This document shows positions 17,740 through 26,398 of a stretch of 64,000 nucleotides of DNA, piece by piece. The stretch covers positions 4,946 to 68,945 of the forward strand of contig CAZWLP010000005.1 in NCBI GenBank assembly GCA_964634565.1. The letters are read 5' to 3'. Numbering within the stretch: the first letter of the stretch is position 1; the number at the start of each line of letters is the position of its first letter. Position numbers and translations under genes: made by a program. The notes below the pieces were generated by a model. The model worked only from the letters and a program-made list of their open reading frames with translations. It was not told the origin of the DNA and did no database searches. Source of the stretch: an uncultured Rikenellaceae bacterium. Its GTDB lineage: Bacteria > Bacteroidota > Bacteroidia > Bacteroidales > VadinHA17.

Positions 17740-18897
17740 TCAAAAAGATAATTCATCATTTATAATCACTTTAACATCTTTTATATTCATTAGGTAAACC
17801 TGGTGATAATAAAAATTCAGAATCTGCTTATAATTAAAGTCTCTGGTAGCCATTACCATTGCTCCTTCCTGACAGAGTCCAACCCCATGACCATAGCCTC
17901 TTCCTGAAAAATGTAAATTATCTCCTTCGTCACTGATCGAGAAAAATGTTGATCGCAGGCTCCAGTCTGCCCGTATAACACTCAGGGGAATTAATATTTC
18001 TCCCAGTCTATAGCTATGCATCCTGCTGTTTTGTGTAAAAGATAAGTCTGCAGGTGAATTAATGACCTTACCACTTTTATCCTGCAGGTATCGAAGCCAT
18101 TCGTCCCTGGAAATATCTTTCTCCCATAAGGCATTTCTCGAGAATGCACAATAAGGGTCAAATACTGAAACCAGGTTGGGTAAGGATGTTAACCAGACAT
18201 TCTCAGAAGAGACTGTTTCTCCGCCACAGTTTGAATGAAAGGGGGTTAATACAAGTGCAGAGTCTATGTCGGTAAGAACCTGGCCTTCGGTAGATTTAAC
18301 AGCCTTATCGATTGCTGCTACAGTAGATCTGCCATGGTAAGCCTGGCAGTGCACATCGTCGCATAGATCATATCCTTCATCAGCATGTTTCCCCATATGA
18401 AGGTAGGCATACGTGCGAGCTATCACTGCCTGTGTCTTAAAATATTCAGGATGTCCCTTATACCCTCCTTCAGCCTGCACTACACCAGAGATATAATCAT
18501 CCATACCAAGTGTGTTTATTATCTTAAGTTTACCCAGCGATGAGCTGAAAGTAAAATCTCCCCGATAGTCTCCCCTGTCGCCCGGTATAGAAGGGTTCAG
18601 CAGGTTAATATATCCACTGTCCGACACTGATATCAGGTTTATGCTATCAGCCAAGTAGCCCTTATGTTTATATCTGCTGACAGCTACTTTCTCCCCTGCC
18701 CTGCAAATAAATAATATTTCACCCTGCTCAAGTGATATAGTATTTTGTCCGTTTAAAAGAAGCTGGCAGTTGCTATTACTGATTCTTATAAGGGCAGATT
18801 CACAATTATTTCCATAAAATACCCCTATCCTTACCTGAGCATCAGCAGTAATAAATAATGTAAATAATATAACCGAATAGACAAGCCTAATTAACAT
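17740..18897 (-). CDS. SpoIID/LytB domain protein
   Basis: 385 aa with a signal peptide. SpoIID motif FHSNCGGET, and GHGVGLCQEGA near the C-terminus. Confidence 0.85.
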   Translation of the reverse strand: MLIRLVYSVILFTLFITADAQVRIGVFYGNNCESALIRISNSNCQLLLNGQNTISLEQGEILFICRAGEKVAVSRYKHKGYLADSINLISVSDSGYINLLNPSIPGDRGDYRGDFTFSSSLGKLKIINTLGMDDYISGVVQAEGGYKGHPEYFKTQAVIARTYAYLHMGKHADEGYDLCDDVHCQAYHGRSTVAAIDKAVKSTEGQVLTDIDSALVLTPFHSNCGGETVSSENVWLTSLPNLVSVFDPYCAFSRNALWEKDISRDEWLRYLQDKSGKVINSPADLSFTQNSRMHSYRLGEILIPLSVIRADWSLRSTFFSISDEGDNLHFSGRGYGHGVGLCQEGAMVMATRDFNYKQILNFYYHQVYLMNIKDVKVIINDELSF

Positions 18898-20023
18898 TAT
18901 TTATCAGTCTGAGAGAGTTATATATATCCTGAGCTACCCGCTGGGCTGCTCCCTTGCCTTGAAGATCTGCCTTAAGCCTTGCATAGTCTTCCTTCATTAC
19001 ATCACGTTTCCATCCGCCTGGTAAAAGACTGTTTAATTCACTCACTATAATTCTACTTCTCATCTTGTTCTGAATAAGCTCTCTGACAACTTCCCTGTCC
19101 ATTATCAGATTCACAAGAGAAATAAAACGAATATTTGCGAAAGCCCTGGCGATAATATAAGAAATCCATGAAGCCCTGTAACATACTACCTGAGGTACTC
19201 CTGCCAGTGCTGCTTCAAGTGTTGCTGTTCCGGATGCTACAAGTGCAGCATCGCAATACCTGTATAAGGGATAAGTCTCATTATATAATACCTTCACTCC
19301 TGAATCTCCAATAATATCCTTATAAATATCGGGAGACACAGTCTTAACCCCGGCAACAACGAACTGATGATCCATATAGAAATTTGAGACTCTTACCATC
19401 TCAGGCAAAATCTTCTTAACCTCCTGGATACGACTGCCTGCAAGAAGGGCAATTATTGGTTTATCTTCGAGTTTACACCTGGCATAAAAAACATCTCTGT
19501 CTTCAACAGAGTTTATTTCTCTTTCGACAGTATCAACAAGAGGGTTGCCAAAATACTTTACGCTGTAGTTATGTTTTGCGTAAAATTCTGTCTCGAAAGG
19601 AAAGATTACATACATCCTGTTGATATACTCCTTTATCTTCTTGATCCTGGATTCTTTCCATGCCCACAATTTTGGGGAAATATAATAATAAACATTTTCA
19701 ACCCTGGACTTCAGAAACTCCGCAATCCTGAGATTAAAGCCTGGATAGTCAATCAGGATTACCACATCTGGTTTAAAATCAATTATCTGCTTTTTACACA
19801 AATCCAGGTTCCTCCTGATCTTCTTCAGATTTATAAGTACCTCCCAGAAACCCATAATAGCCAGATCGCGATAATGCATAAGCACCCTTGCCCCTTCCTT
19901 CTCCATCAGATCACCCCCCCAGCACAATATCTCTGCCTGACTGTCCTGAATTATCAGTTCCCTGACAAGGTTTGATCCGTGCAGATCGCCAGATGCTTCA
20001 CCTGAAACTATAAAATACTTCAT
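18887..20023 (-). CDS. lpxB: lipid-A-disaccharide synthase
   Basis: 378 aa. N-terminus MKYFIVSGEASGDLHG and typical LpxB length. Confidence 0.92.
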   Translation of the reverse strand: MKYFIVSGEASGDLHGSNLVRELIIQDSQAEILCWGGDLMEKEGARVLMHYRDLAIMGFWEVLINLKKIRRNLDLCKKQIIDFKPDVVILIDYPGFNLRIAEFLKSRVENVYYYISPKLWAWKESRIKKIKEYINRMYVIFPFETEFYAKHNYSVKYFGNPLVDTVEREINSVEDRDVFYARCKLEDKPIIALLAGSRIQEVKKILPEMVRVSNFYMDHQFVVAGVKTVSPDIYKDIIGDSGVKVLYNETYPLYRYCDAALVASGTATLEAALAGVPQVVCYRASWISYIIARAFANIRFISLVNLIMDREVVRELIQNKMRSRIIVSELNSLLPGGWKRDVMKEDYARLKADLQGKGAAQRVAQDIYNSLRLINNVN

Positions 20024-20026
20024 TTA

Positions 20027-20323
20027 TCAGATCATTTTTAAAAGAAACACCGTCAGTGCCCATATTATTGTTATACCAAGCACTCCCTTAGCACTCTGTT
20101 CTCTGTCAAAGCGATAAAAAAGCAAAAAGGCAAACACATTTGGAAAAACACTCAGACTAATAAAATGAGTTACCACGTTCCTGCGCTGGATCATACTTAT
20201 ATAATCTGAGAAACTCCGATCTCCTGATGTAACAAAATATACAACAATAAAAATAATCAAGGGCAGCAGAAAGCCAACAAGAAAACCTGTCGGCATGCTG
20301 TCAGGAATATTTATGCGCTTCAT
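20027..20323 (-). CDS. small membrane protein, unknown function
   Basis: 98 aa with three hydrophobic helices. Tightly packed between surE and lpxB (3-nt gaps). Confidence 0.5.
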   Translation of the reverse strand: MKRINIPDSMPTGFLVGFLLPLIIFIVVYFVTSGDRSFSDYISMIQRRNVVTHFISLSVFPNVFAFLLFYRFDREQSAKGVLGITIIWALTVFLLKMI

Positions 20324-20325
20324 TA

Positions 20326-21102
20326 TTAGAATCTTTTCCTGATTTCATCAATACTCTTATGTGCAGTCATATCAACAGATACAGGAACAACAGAGACATA
20401 ACCCCTGGCAATTGCCCATTCATCTGTATCTTCAGCTTCCGGCTCGTGATTCTGAAAAACACCCGTAAGCCAGTAGTAAGTTTTTCCCATCGGGTCTTTT
20501 CGCTTTTCAAACTCTTCCCGCCAGTTACCCCTAGCCTGTCTGCATACTTTAATACCTTTTATTTTATCTCCATTTAATGCTGGGATATTTACATTAAGAC
20601 ATACACCTTCGGGCAAAGATTCTTTTACCAGAGAGTTCATTACTTCTCTTACAATATTTTTTGCAGGTTCAAAATCAGCCTTCGATGAAAAACTGTTTAG
20701 TGAAAATCCCACAGAATCAATTCCATAAAGGCACCCCTCAATTGCAGCAGCCATGGTTCCACTGTAAATTACACTAACTGAAGCATTCGATCCATGATTA
20801 ATCCCCGAAACCACCCAGTCGGGCTCCCTCTCCAACAGCCTGTTAATAGCTATTTTTATGCCGTCGGTAGGTGTACCACTACAGGCATATACCCTCCTCC
20901 TTTCAGTCTCATCAAGTAGCTTAACCCTGATTGGCATTTTTACAGTAAGTGCCTGCGACATACCCGATCTGCTTTCCGTTGTCGACACAACCACTACCTT
21001 CCCAAATTCCTCCATCAGATCGATCAGTGTCTTTAATCCGGCAGCATATAAACCATCATCATTTGTTAGCAGAATTAATCTGTCTCCTTTTTCTATCTTC
21101 AT
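20326..21102 (-). CDS. surE: 5'/3'-nucleotidase SurE
   Basis: 258 aa. ILLTNDDG and SGINHGSNAS motifs. Confidence 0.92.
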   Translation of the reverse strand: MKIEKGDRLILLTNDDGLYAAGLKTLIDLMEEFGKVVVVSTTESRSGMSQALTVKMPIRVKLLDETERRRVYACSGTPTDGIKIAINRLLEREPDWVVSGINHGSNASVSVIYSGTMAAAIEGCLYGIDSVGFSLNSFSSKADFEPAKNIVREVMNSLVKESLPEGVCLNVNIPALNGDKIKGIKVCRQARGNWREEFEKRKDPMGKTYYWLTGVFQNHEPEAEDTDEWAIARGYVSVVPVSVDMTAHKSIDEIRKRF

Positions 21103-21150
21103 ATTTCCTAAATCATTATTTGCAATTCATTCGATAGTCTTTTGCTTTTC

Positions 21151-21218
21151 GCCCCATCTCAGTAGGCCGTAGCCACGAGCACTCAGGACGGAGGTGGTAC
21201 CCTTCGCCTCAGTACACA
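21151..21218. other. GC-rich structured-looking element between divergent surE and pheT (candidate small RNA or protein-binding module)
   Basis: CCATCTC (21154-21160) can pair with GAGGTGG (21191-21197; one G-U). CTCAG[TG]A occurs three times, at 21158, 21182 and 21208. Confidence 0.3.
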
Positions 21219-21285
21219 AAGATAGACAAATCCGCTTTCCCGGAATAAACTAAATCAACTTCTAAATATTTTTTTCAAAATTACT

Positions 21286-21293
21286 TACTTTTG
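21286..21293 (+). promoter_or_regulatory. Bacteroidota -7 promoter box (TAnnTTTG) for pheT
   Basis: TACTTTTG, 38 nt upstream of the ATG at 21331. Confidence 0.45.
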
Positions 21294-21330
21294 CTGTGTC
21301 ACTAAGACATAACAAATCCTATTTATTACT

Positions 21331-23775
21331 ATGAAGATCTCTTATAACTGGATAAAACAATACCTGGATATCGATAACAGCCCTGCTGAGCTTTCTGAAA
21401 TACTTACCAATATCGGCCTTGAAGTAGAAGGCATGGAAGATTGGGTATCGATAGAAGGAGGTCTTGAAGGTATTATTATAGGTGAAGTAACTGAATGTAA
21501 CCCTCATCCTAATGCAGATAAATTAAGTATCACCAAGGTTGATATAGGGCTGAATGAGCCTTTACATATTGTGTGTGGTGCACCCAATGTTGCCAGGGGG
21601 CAAAAGGTTCCCGTTGCAACAATAGGGACGAAGCTTAAATTCAATAATAATGAGCTGGTAATAAAGAGATCAAAGATCAGGGGAGAGTTATCTGAAGGCA
21701 TGATATGTGCAGAAGATGAACTGGGGCTGGGATCATCTCATGAAGGAATCATGGTTCTTCCCGCCAGTGCTGTGGTTGGTACTGAAGGCTCTGACTATTT
21801 CCCTGTAGAGAGAGACACAATTTTTGAGATCGGACTAACACCAAACAGGATAGATGGAGCATCGCACTATGGTGTAGCAAGAGACCTTGCTGCATACTTC
21901 AACCTGCAGAAAAAGTCTGCTGCTTTAAAACCTGATATCAGCACATTTAAAGTTGATAATACAGATAATGTAATTCCTGTTATTGTAGAAAACACAAGAG
22001 ATTGCCCACGGTATACAGGAATAACAATAAGTAATATTAGCGTTAAAGAATCACCAGACTGGCTAAAAAACAGGCTAAAATCAATAGGCCTGACTCCAAT
22101 AAATAATGTTGTTGATATTACCAATTACGTTCTTCATGAGATTGGACAACCTCTTCATGCCTTCGACGCGGATAAAATTGAAGGAGGAAAAGTAATTGTC
22201 AGAAATCTGCCGGATAAGACAAAGTTTATAAGCCTTGATGAGATGGAAAGAGAGCTTTCCGGGAAAGACCTTATGATATGTGATTCAAAGGGAGGTATGT
22301 GCATAGGAGGTGTTTTCGGCGGACTGAGATCAGGTGTTAACTTCGAAACAAAAAATATTTTCCTTGAAAGTGCATATTTTAATCCTGTTTCAATAAGAAA
22401 ATCTGCACGAAGACATGATTTAAATACCGATGCCTCGTTCAGGTTCGAAAGAGGAGCAGATTATGAAAATACACCCTGGGCATTAAAAAGAGCTTCATTA
22501 TTAATTAAAGAGCTGGCAGGGGGATCTGTCTCATCAGATATTATTGATATATATCCGGAGAGAATCGAAAAGGTCAGTTTATCCGTTACATACTCAAATA
22601 TTAAGAGGCTGATAGGCAATAATATAGATAAGAAACTTATAAAGAAGATACTGGAATCTCTTGATTTTGATATCTCTTCGGAATCATCTGACGGGCTGAA
22701 TGTTGTGGTACCCTCTTACAGGGTCGATGTTAGAAGAGAGGCGGATGTAATAGAAGAGATTCTGAGAATATATGGTTATAATAATATTGTTATCGGAAAT
22801 AAGGTTAATTCAACTCTCAGCTATATCGAGAAGCCCGATAACGAGAAAATAGTTAACAGCATCTCAGAAATGCTGTCAGGATATGGTTTTATGGAGATTA
22901 TGTCTAATTCGCTTACGCAGGCAAGCTTCTATGAAGATAATCCTGATTTTGACAGATCTAAACTTGTTATGCTTGCCAATCCTCTTAGCTCCGACCTGAA
23001 TGCTATGAGGCAGACACTTCTTTATGGAGGTTTAAGCGCAATTGAAAGAAATATTAACCGGCAAAGTACTAACCTCAGGTTTTACGAATTTGGAAACTGC
23101 TATTTCAGAAAATCGTCTGAAGCAGCAAAAGTTGGTGATTATACTGAGAAATATTACCTGGATCTTTTTATTAGCGGTAACCAGACTAAAGAATCATGGA
23201 ATATGAAGTCATCTCCTGCAGACTTCTTTCTGATTAAATCAACAGTTAATATGATACTCGAGAAAGCAGGGGCCGAAATAAATAATATCAGAGAAAAAGA
23301 TGCTGAAAAGGCATACTTCAGCGAGGGACTTAAATATAAGTTAAATGGTAACACTATTGCACTGCTTGGAAAGATAAGCAGGAAAACCACTGCCGCATTT
23401 AATATAAAACAGGACGTCTTTTATGCCTCAGTCGACTGGAGCAGGATATTGGAGATTATAAAAAATCTTAAACCCGGCTTCCATGAACTTGCGAAATTCC
23501 CGGCTGTCAGGCGCGATCTTGCCCTGCTTGTAAATTCAGATATTAAATTCGCCGATTTAAAGGATCTTGCATTTAAGACCGAGAGAAATATTTTAAGGGA
23601 AGTGGGACTCTTTGATGTATACGAGGATGATTCTCTTGGTAAAAATAAGAAATCGTATGCAATAAGTTTTATCCTTAGGGATGATAAACGTACTCTGACC
23701 GATAAAATGATAGATAGGGTTATGAATAACCTTGTCAGGGTTTATACAAGCGAAATGAATGCAACAATCCGATAA
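21331..23775 (+). CDS. pheT: phenylalanine--tRNA ligase beta subunit
   Basis: 814 aa. MKISYNWIKQYL, with a domain order and length consistent with tRNA-binding, B3/4, B5 and FDX-ACB. Confidence 0.95.
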   Translation: MKISYNWIKQYLDIDNSPAELSEILTNIGLEVEGMEDWVSIEGGLEGIIIGEVTECNPHPNADKLSITKVDIGLNEPLHIVCGAPNVARGQKVPVATIGTKLKFNNNELVIKRSKIRGELSEGMICAEDELGLGSSHEGIMVLPASAVVGTEGSDYFPVERDTIFEIGLTPNRIDGASHYGVARDLAAYFNLQKKSAALKPDISTFKVDNTDNVIPVIVENTRDCPRYTGITISNISVKESPDWLKNRLKSIGLTPINNVVDITNYVLHEIGQPLHAFDADKIEGGKVIVRNLPDKTKFISLDEMERELSGKDLMICDSKGGMCIGGVFGGLRSGVNFETKNIFLESAYFNPVSIRKSARRHDLNTDASFRFERGADYENTPWALKRASLLIKELAGGSVSSDIIDIYPERIEKVSLSVTYSNIKRLIGNNIDKKLIKKILESLDFDISSESSDGLNVVVPSYRVDVRREADVIEEILRIYGYNNIVIGNKVNSTLSYIEKPDNEKIVNSISEMLSGYGFMEIMSNSLTQASFYEDNPDFDRSKLVMLANPLSSDLNAMRQTLLYGGLSAIERNINRQSTNLRFYEFGNCYFRKSSEAAKVGDYTEKYYLDLFISGNQTKESWNMKSSPADFFLIKSTVNMILEKAGAEINNIREKDAEKAYFSEGLKYKLNGNTIALLGKISRKTTAAFNIKQDVFYASVDWSRILEIIKNLKPGFHELAKFPAVRRDLALLVNSDIKFADLKDLAFKTERNILREVGLFDVYEDDSLGKNKKSYAISFILRDDKRTLTDKMIDRVMNNLVRVYTSEMNATIR

Positions 23776-24289
23776 TTCAGATAAGCGTATAAGGCTTGTT
23801 AAAGGCGATATAACTAAAATTGCCTGCGACGCAATAGTAAATGCAGCTAATAACTCCCTCCTTGGAGGCGCCGGTGTCGACGGAGCAATCCATCGTGTTG
23901 CCGGCCCCGCTTTGCTCCAGGAATGTAAAACACTTGAAGGTTGCCCCACAGGTGAGGCAAAAATCACATCAGGATATAATCTTCCATCAAAATATGTGAT
24001 CCATACTGTTGGACCGATATGGAGGGGAGGACATAAAAATGAACATGAGCTGCTTGCAAAAAGCTACAGAAACTCACTGCTAAAGGCCAGCGAGAATAAA
24101 TTTACATCTGTTGCATTCCCGGCTATATCGACCGGTGCCTACCATTTTCCTGTCGACCAGGCTACTAATATTGCTATTAACGAGGTAAAAAGATTTATCG
24201 CAAAAAACAGCGAACCTCACGAAGTTATATTTGTTCTGTTTACTGATGAGTTGTATAATCTTTATTTAAATCTACTTGCAGATGAATAA
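23759..24289 (+). CDS. macro domain protein (O-acetyl-ADP-ribose deacetylase-like)
   Basis: 176 aa. NAANNSLLGGAGVDGAIH and FPAISTGAY motifs. Overlaps pheT by 17 nt. Confidence 0.88.
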   Translation: MQQSDNSDKRIRLVKGDITKIACDAIVNAANNSLLGGAGVDGAIHRVAGPALLQECKTLEGCPTGEAKITSGYNLPSKYVIHTVGPIWRGGHKNEHELLAKSYRNSLLKASENKFTSVAFPAISTGAYHFPVDQATNIAINEVKRFIAKNSEPHEVIFVLFTDELYNLYLNLLADE

Positions 24290-25154
24290 ACTTACAGGCA
24301 GGATAAAGAGTTTCTTCTCCCTGGTTAAGTTCAGTCATACAATATTTGCTATGCCATTTGCACTGTTTGGTTTTGCATTGGGCATTTACGACAATAATAA
24401 GATCTTCGATCTGAGAGTTCTATTATTAATAATTCTATGCATGGTTCTGGCTAGAAATGCAGCAATGGCTTTTAACAGGTTTGCTGATAAAAATATCGAC
24501 AGGCTGAATCCCAGAACTGCTCAAAGAGAAATACCTGCAGGCATAGTTTCTGCCAGGGCAGCATTAATATTTGTTATAATAAATTCAATTCTTTTTATAA
24601 TAACCACAGGTTTTATAAATAAACTTACTCTTTTCCTCTCTCCAGTGGCTCTGATAATTATTCTTGGTTATAGTCTTACTAAAAGATTTACTGCATACAG
24701 CCATATCTTTCTCGGACTCTCACTGGCTCTGGCTCCGGTCGGTTCGTATATTTCTGTAACAGGTAAATTTGAAGTTGTTCCGATCCTCGTCGGACTTATA
24801 GTTCTGACATGGGTAGGAGGTTTTGATATTATATATTCACAACAGGATGCTGAATTTGATTCTGATAATAAGCTTTATTCAATACCATCGAGATTCGGTA
24901 ATAAAGGAGCCTCCATCATTTCTTTATTTCTTCATATACTAAGTATCGCAACAGCCATCGCAACAGGTCTCCTTCTAAATTCAGGCATTGTTTATTATAC
25001 AGGTGTTCTGATTTTTGCAGCACTTCTTGCTATCGAACATATTGTTGCCCGTCCGGGCGATAAGCAAAATATCAATATGGCTTTTGCCACTATAAACAGC
25101 TATGCAGGTATGACATTTGTAGCTTTTGCAATTGCCGATATATTTATTGTATAG
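24282..25154 (+). CDS. UbiA family aromatic prenyltransferase (menaquinone/futalosine-type candidate)
   Basis: About 290 aa and polytopic. Asp-rich motif NRFADKNID. I moved the start from the track's TTG 24276 to ATG 24282 (MNKLTGRIKS). Overlaps the macro gene by 8 nt. Confidence 0.85.
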   Translation: MNKLTGRIKSFFSLVKFSHTIFAMPFALFGFALGIYDNNKIFDLRVLLLIILCMVLARNAAMAFNRFADKNIDRLNPRTAQREIPAGIVSARAALIFVIINSILFIITTGFINKLTLFLSPVALIIILGYSLTKRFTAYSHIFLGLSLALAPVGSYISVTGKFEVVPILVGLIVLTWVGGFDIIYSQQDAEFDSDNKLYSIPSRFGNKGASIISLFLHILSIATAIATGLLLNSGIVYYTGVLIFAALLAIEHIVARPGDKQNINMAFATINSYAGMTFVAFAIADIFIV

Positions 25155-25276
25155 AGTGATGCGGCGCTATTCTCTCCGGGGCCCGGCCAATCTTACACAA
25201 AACATGCTATATAATAACTTCCGGACTATAATTGAATTTTATTACTATATTACTTCGCCTAATTGCAAGTACATAT

Positions 25277-26398
25277 ATGAAAAACATTATTATTCAGGAA
25301 GTTAGGTCCAGGAAGGATCTAAGAACATTTATATATCTTCCTGAAAAGATTCACAGAAACAGGCCTGAATGGATGCCCCCCTTATTTAGTGATGAATGGG
25401 TCTTACTCGATCCGAAAAAGAACAAATCATTTTCCTATTGTGATTATATCCAGCTGCTTGCCTACAGAGGATCCACACCCGTTGGCAGGATAATGGGACT
25501 GATCAATACAAAATACAACCAGATAAAAGGTGAGCTTACCGGGCGATTCTGCTTTCTGGAGTGTTTTAATGAAGAAGATATTTCCCATGCTCTAATAGAA
25601 AGTGTCGAGAACTGGGCGCGTAAGAGGGGAATGACTAAGATAATCGGGCCCTACGCATTCTCAGATAAGGATCCTCAGGGTTGTCAGATAAGTGGTTTCG
25701 ATACCCTGTCTGTTATTGCTGCTCCAAATAATGGACCATACCTGTCCGGACTAATAGAAAAGGAAGGCTATTCCATGGAAGCTGACCTGGTGGAATATGT
25801 GGCAAAGATACCTGATAAACTTCCGGATCTTTTTTTAAGGATAATGGAAAGGGCATCCCGTTTGGAGAACATTGAAATTATTGAGTTCAGAACAAAGAAG
25901 GAAATTAAACCCTATATCCTTGATATACTGGAAGTCATGAATGATACCTTTTCGTCTATTTATGGATTTGTTCCTCTGACCGACAGGGAAAAACGTGAAT
26001 TTGCAAGAAGGTATTTACCTATACTGGATCCGGCCTTTATTAAAGCAGCCCGGGCAGGTAAGGAGCTTGTCGGATTTGTTATAGCTATGCCAAACATAAG
26101 TAGCGGAATGTTAAAGGCAAGGGGGAGACTATTCCCATTTGGATTTATCCATGTGCTAAGATCGCTGAAAAAAAGTACCGATCTTCTAATGTTACTTGGA
26201 GGTGTCAGAGAAAAATACAGGGGAAGAGGTATAGATGCAATAATGGGATCAAAGATTCTGGAATCGGCTGCAAAAAGCAGAATGCTAACACTCGATAGTC
26301 ATCTGGTTCTGGAGAGCAACAGAAGAATGAGATCCGAGTATGAACGACTGGGTGCAGAGGTAAGTAAGACCTTCCGCATTTTTCAGAAACAGCTTTAG
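25277..26398 (+). CDS. GNAT-like acyltransferase family protein, function unknown
   Basis: About 373 aa from ATG 25277 (MKNIIIQEV); the track start is TTG 25232. Contains IGPYAFSDKDPQGCQISGFD and a C-terminal YRGRGIDA acyl-CoA-like motif. The family call is from memory only. Confidence 0.5.
   Translation: MKNIIIQEVRSRKDLRTFIYLPEKIHRNRPEWMPPLFSDEWVLLDPKKNKSFSYCDYIQLLAYRGSTPVGRIMGLINTKYNQIKGELTGRFCFLECFNEEDISHALIESVENWARKRGMTKIIGPYAFSDKDPQGCQISGFDTLSVIAAPNNGPYLSGLIEKEGYSMEADLVEYVAKIPDKLPDLFLRIMERASRLENIEIIEFRTKKEIKPYILDILEVMNDTFSSIYGFVPLTDREKREFARRYLPILDPAFIKAARAGKELVGFVIAMPNISSGMLKARGRLFPFGFIHVLRSLKKSTDLLMLLGGVREKYRGRGIDAIMGSKILESAAKSRMLTLDSHLVLESNRRMRSEYERLGAEVSKTFRIFQKQL

Noticed and set aside
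21151-21218. Known small RNA (SRP/4.5S RNA, 6S RNA, tRNA) in the GC-rich surE-pheT spacer
   Set aside because: I could not find the conserved SRP domain IV motif (GGAA tetraloop context), tRNA T-loop/anticodon architecture or 6S-like bubble. I keep it only as an unclassified candidate.
23593-23967. 124-aa minus-strand ORF across the pheT/macro junction. Similar long antisense ORFs occur at 17209-17550, 19571-19975, 42474-42842, 45046-45414, 47048-47419, 51385-51810, 54283-54633 and 28929-29324
   Set aside because: All lie fully inside well-supported genes on the opposite strand and have no recognisable motifs. They are typical shadow ORFs.
25155-25200. GC-rich stretch after the UbiA gene (GATGCGGCGCTATTCTCTCCGGGGCCCGGCC) as a terminator or structured RNA
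   Set aside because: Only a 4-bp CCGG/CCGG stem with a 3-nt loop can form, there is no U-tract, and it shares no similarity with the other GC islands.
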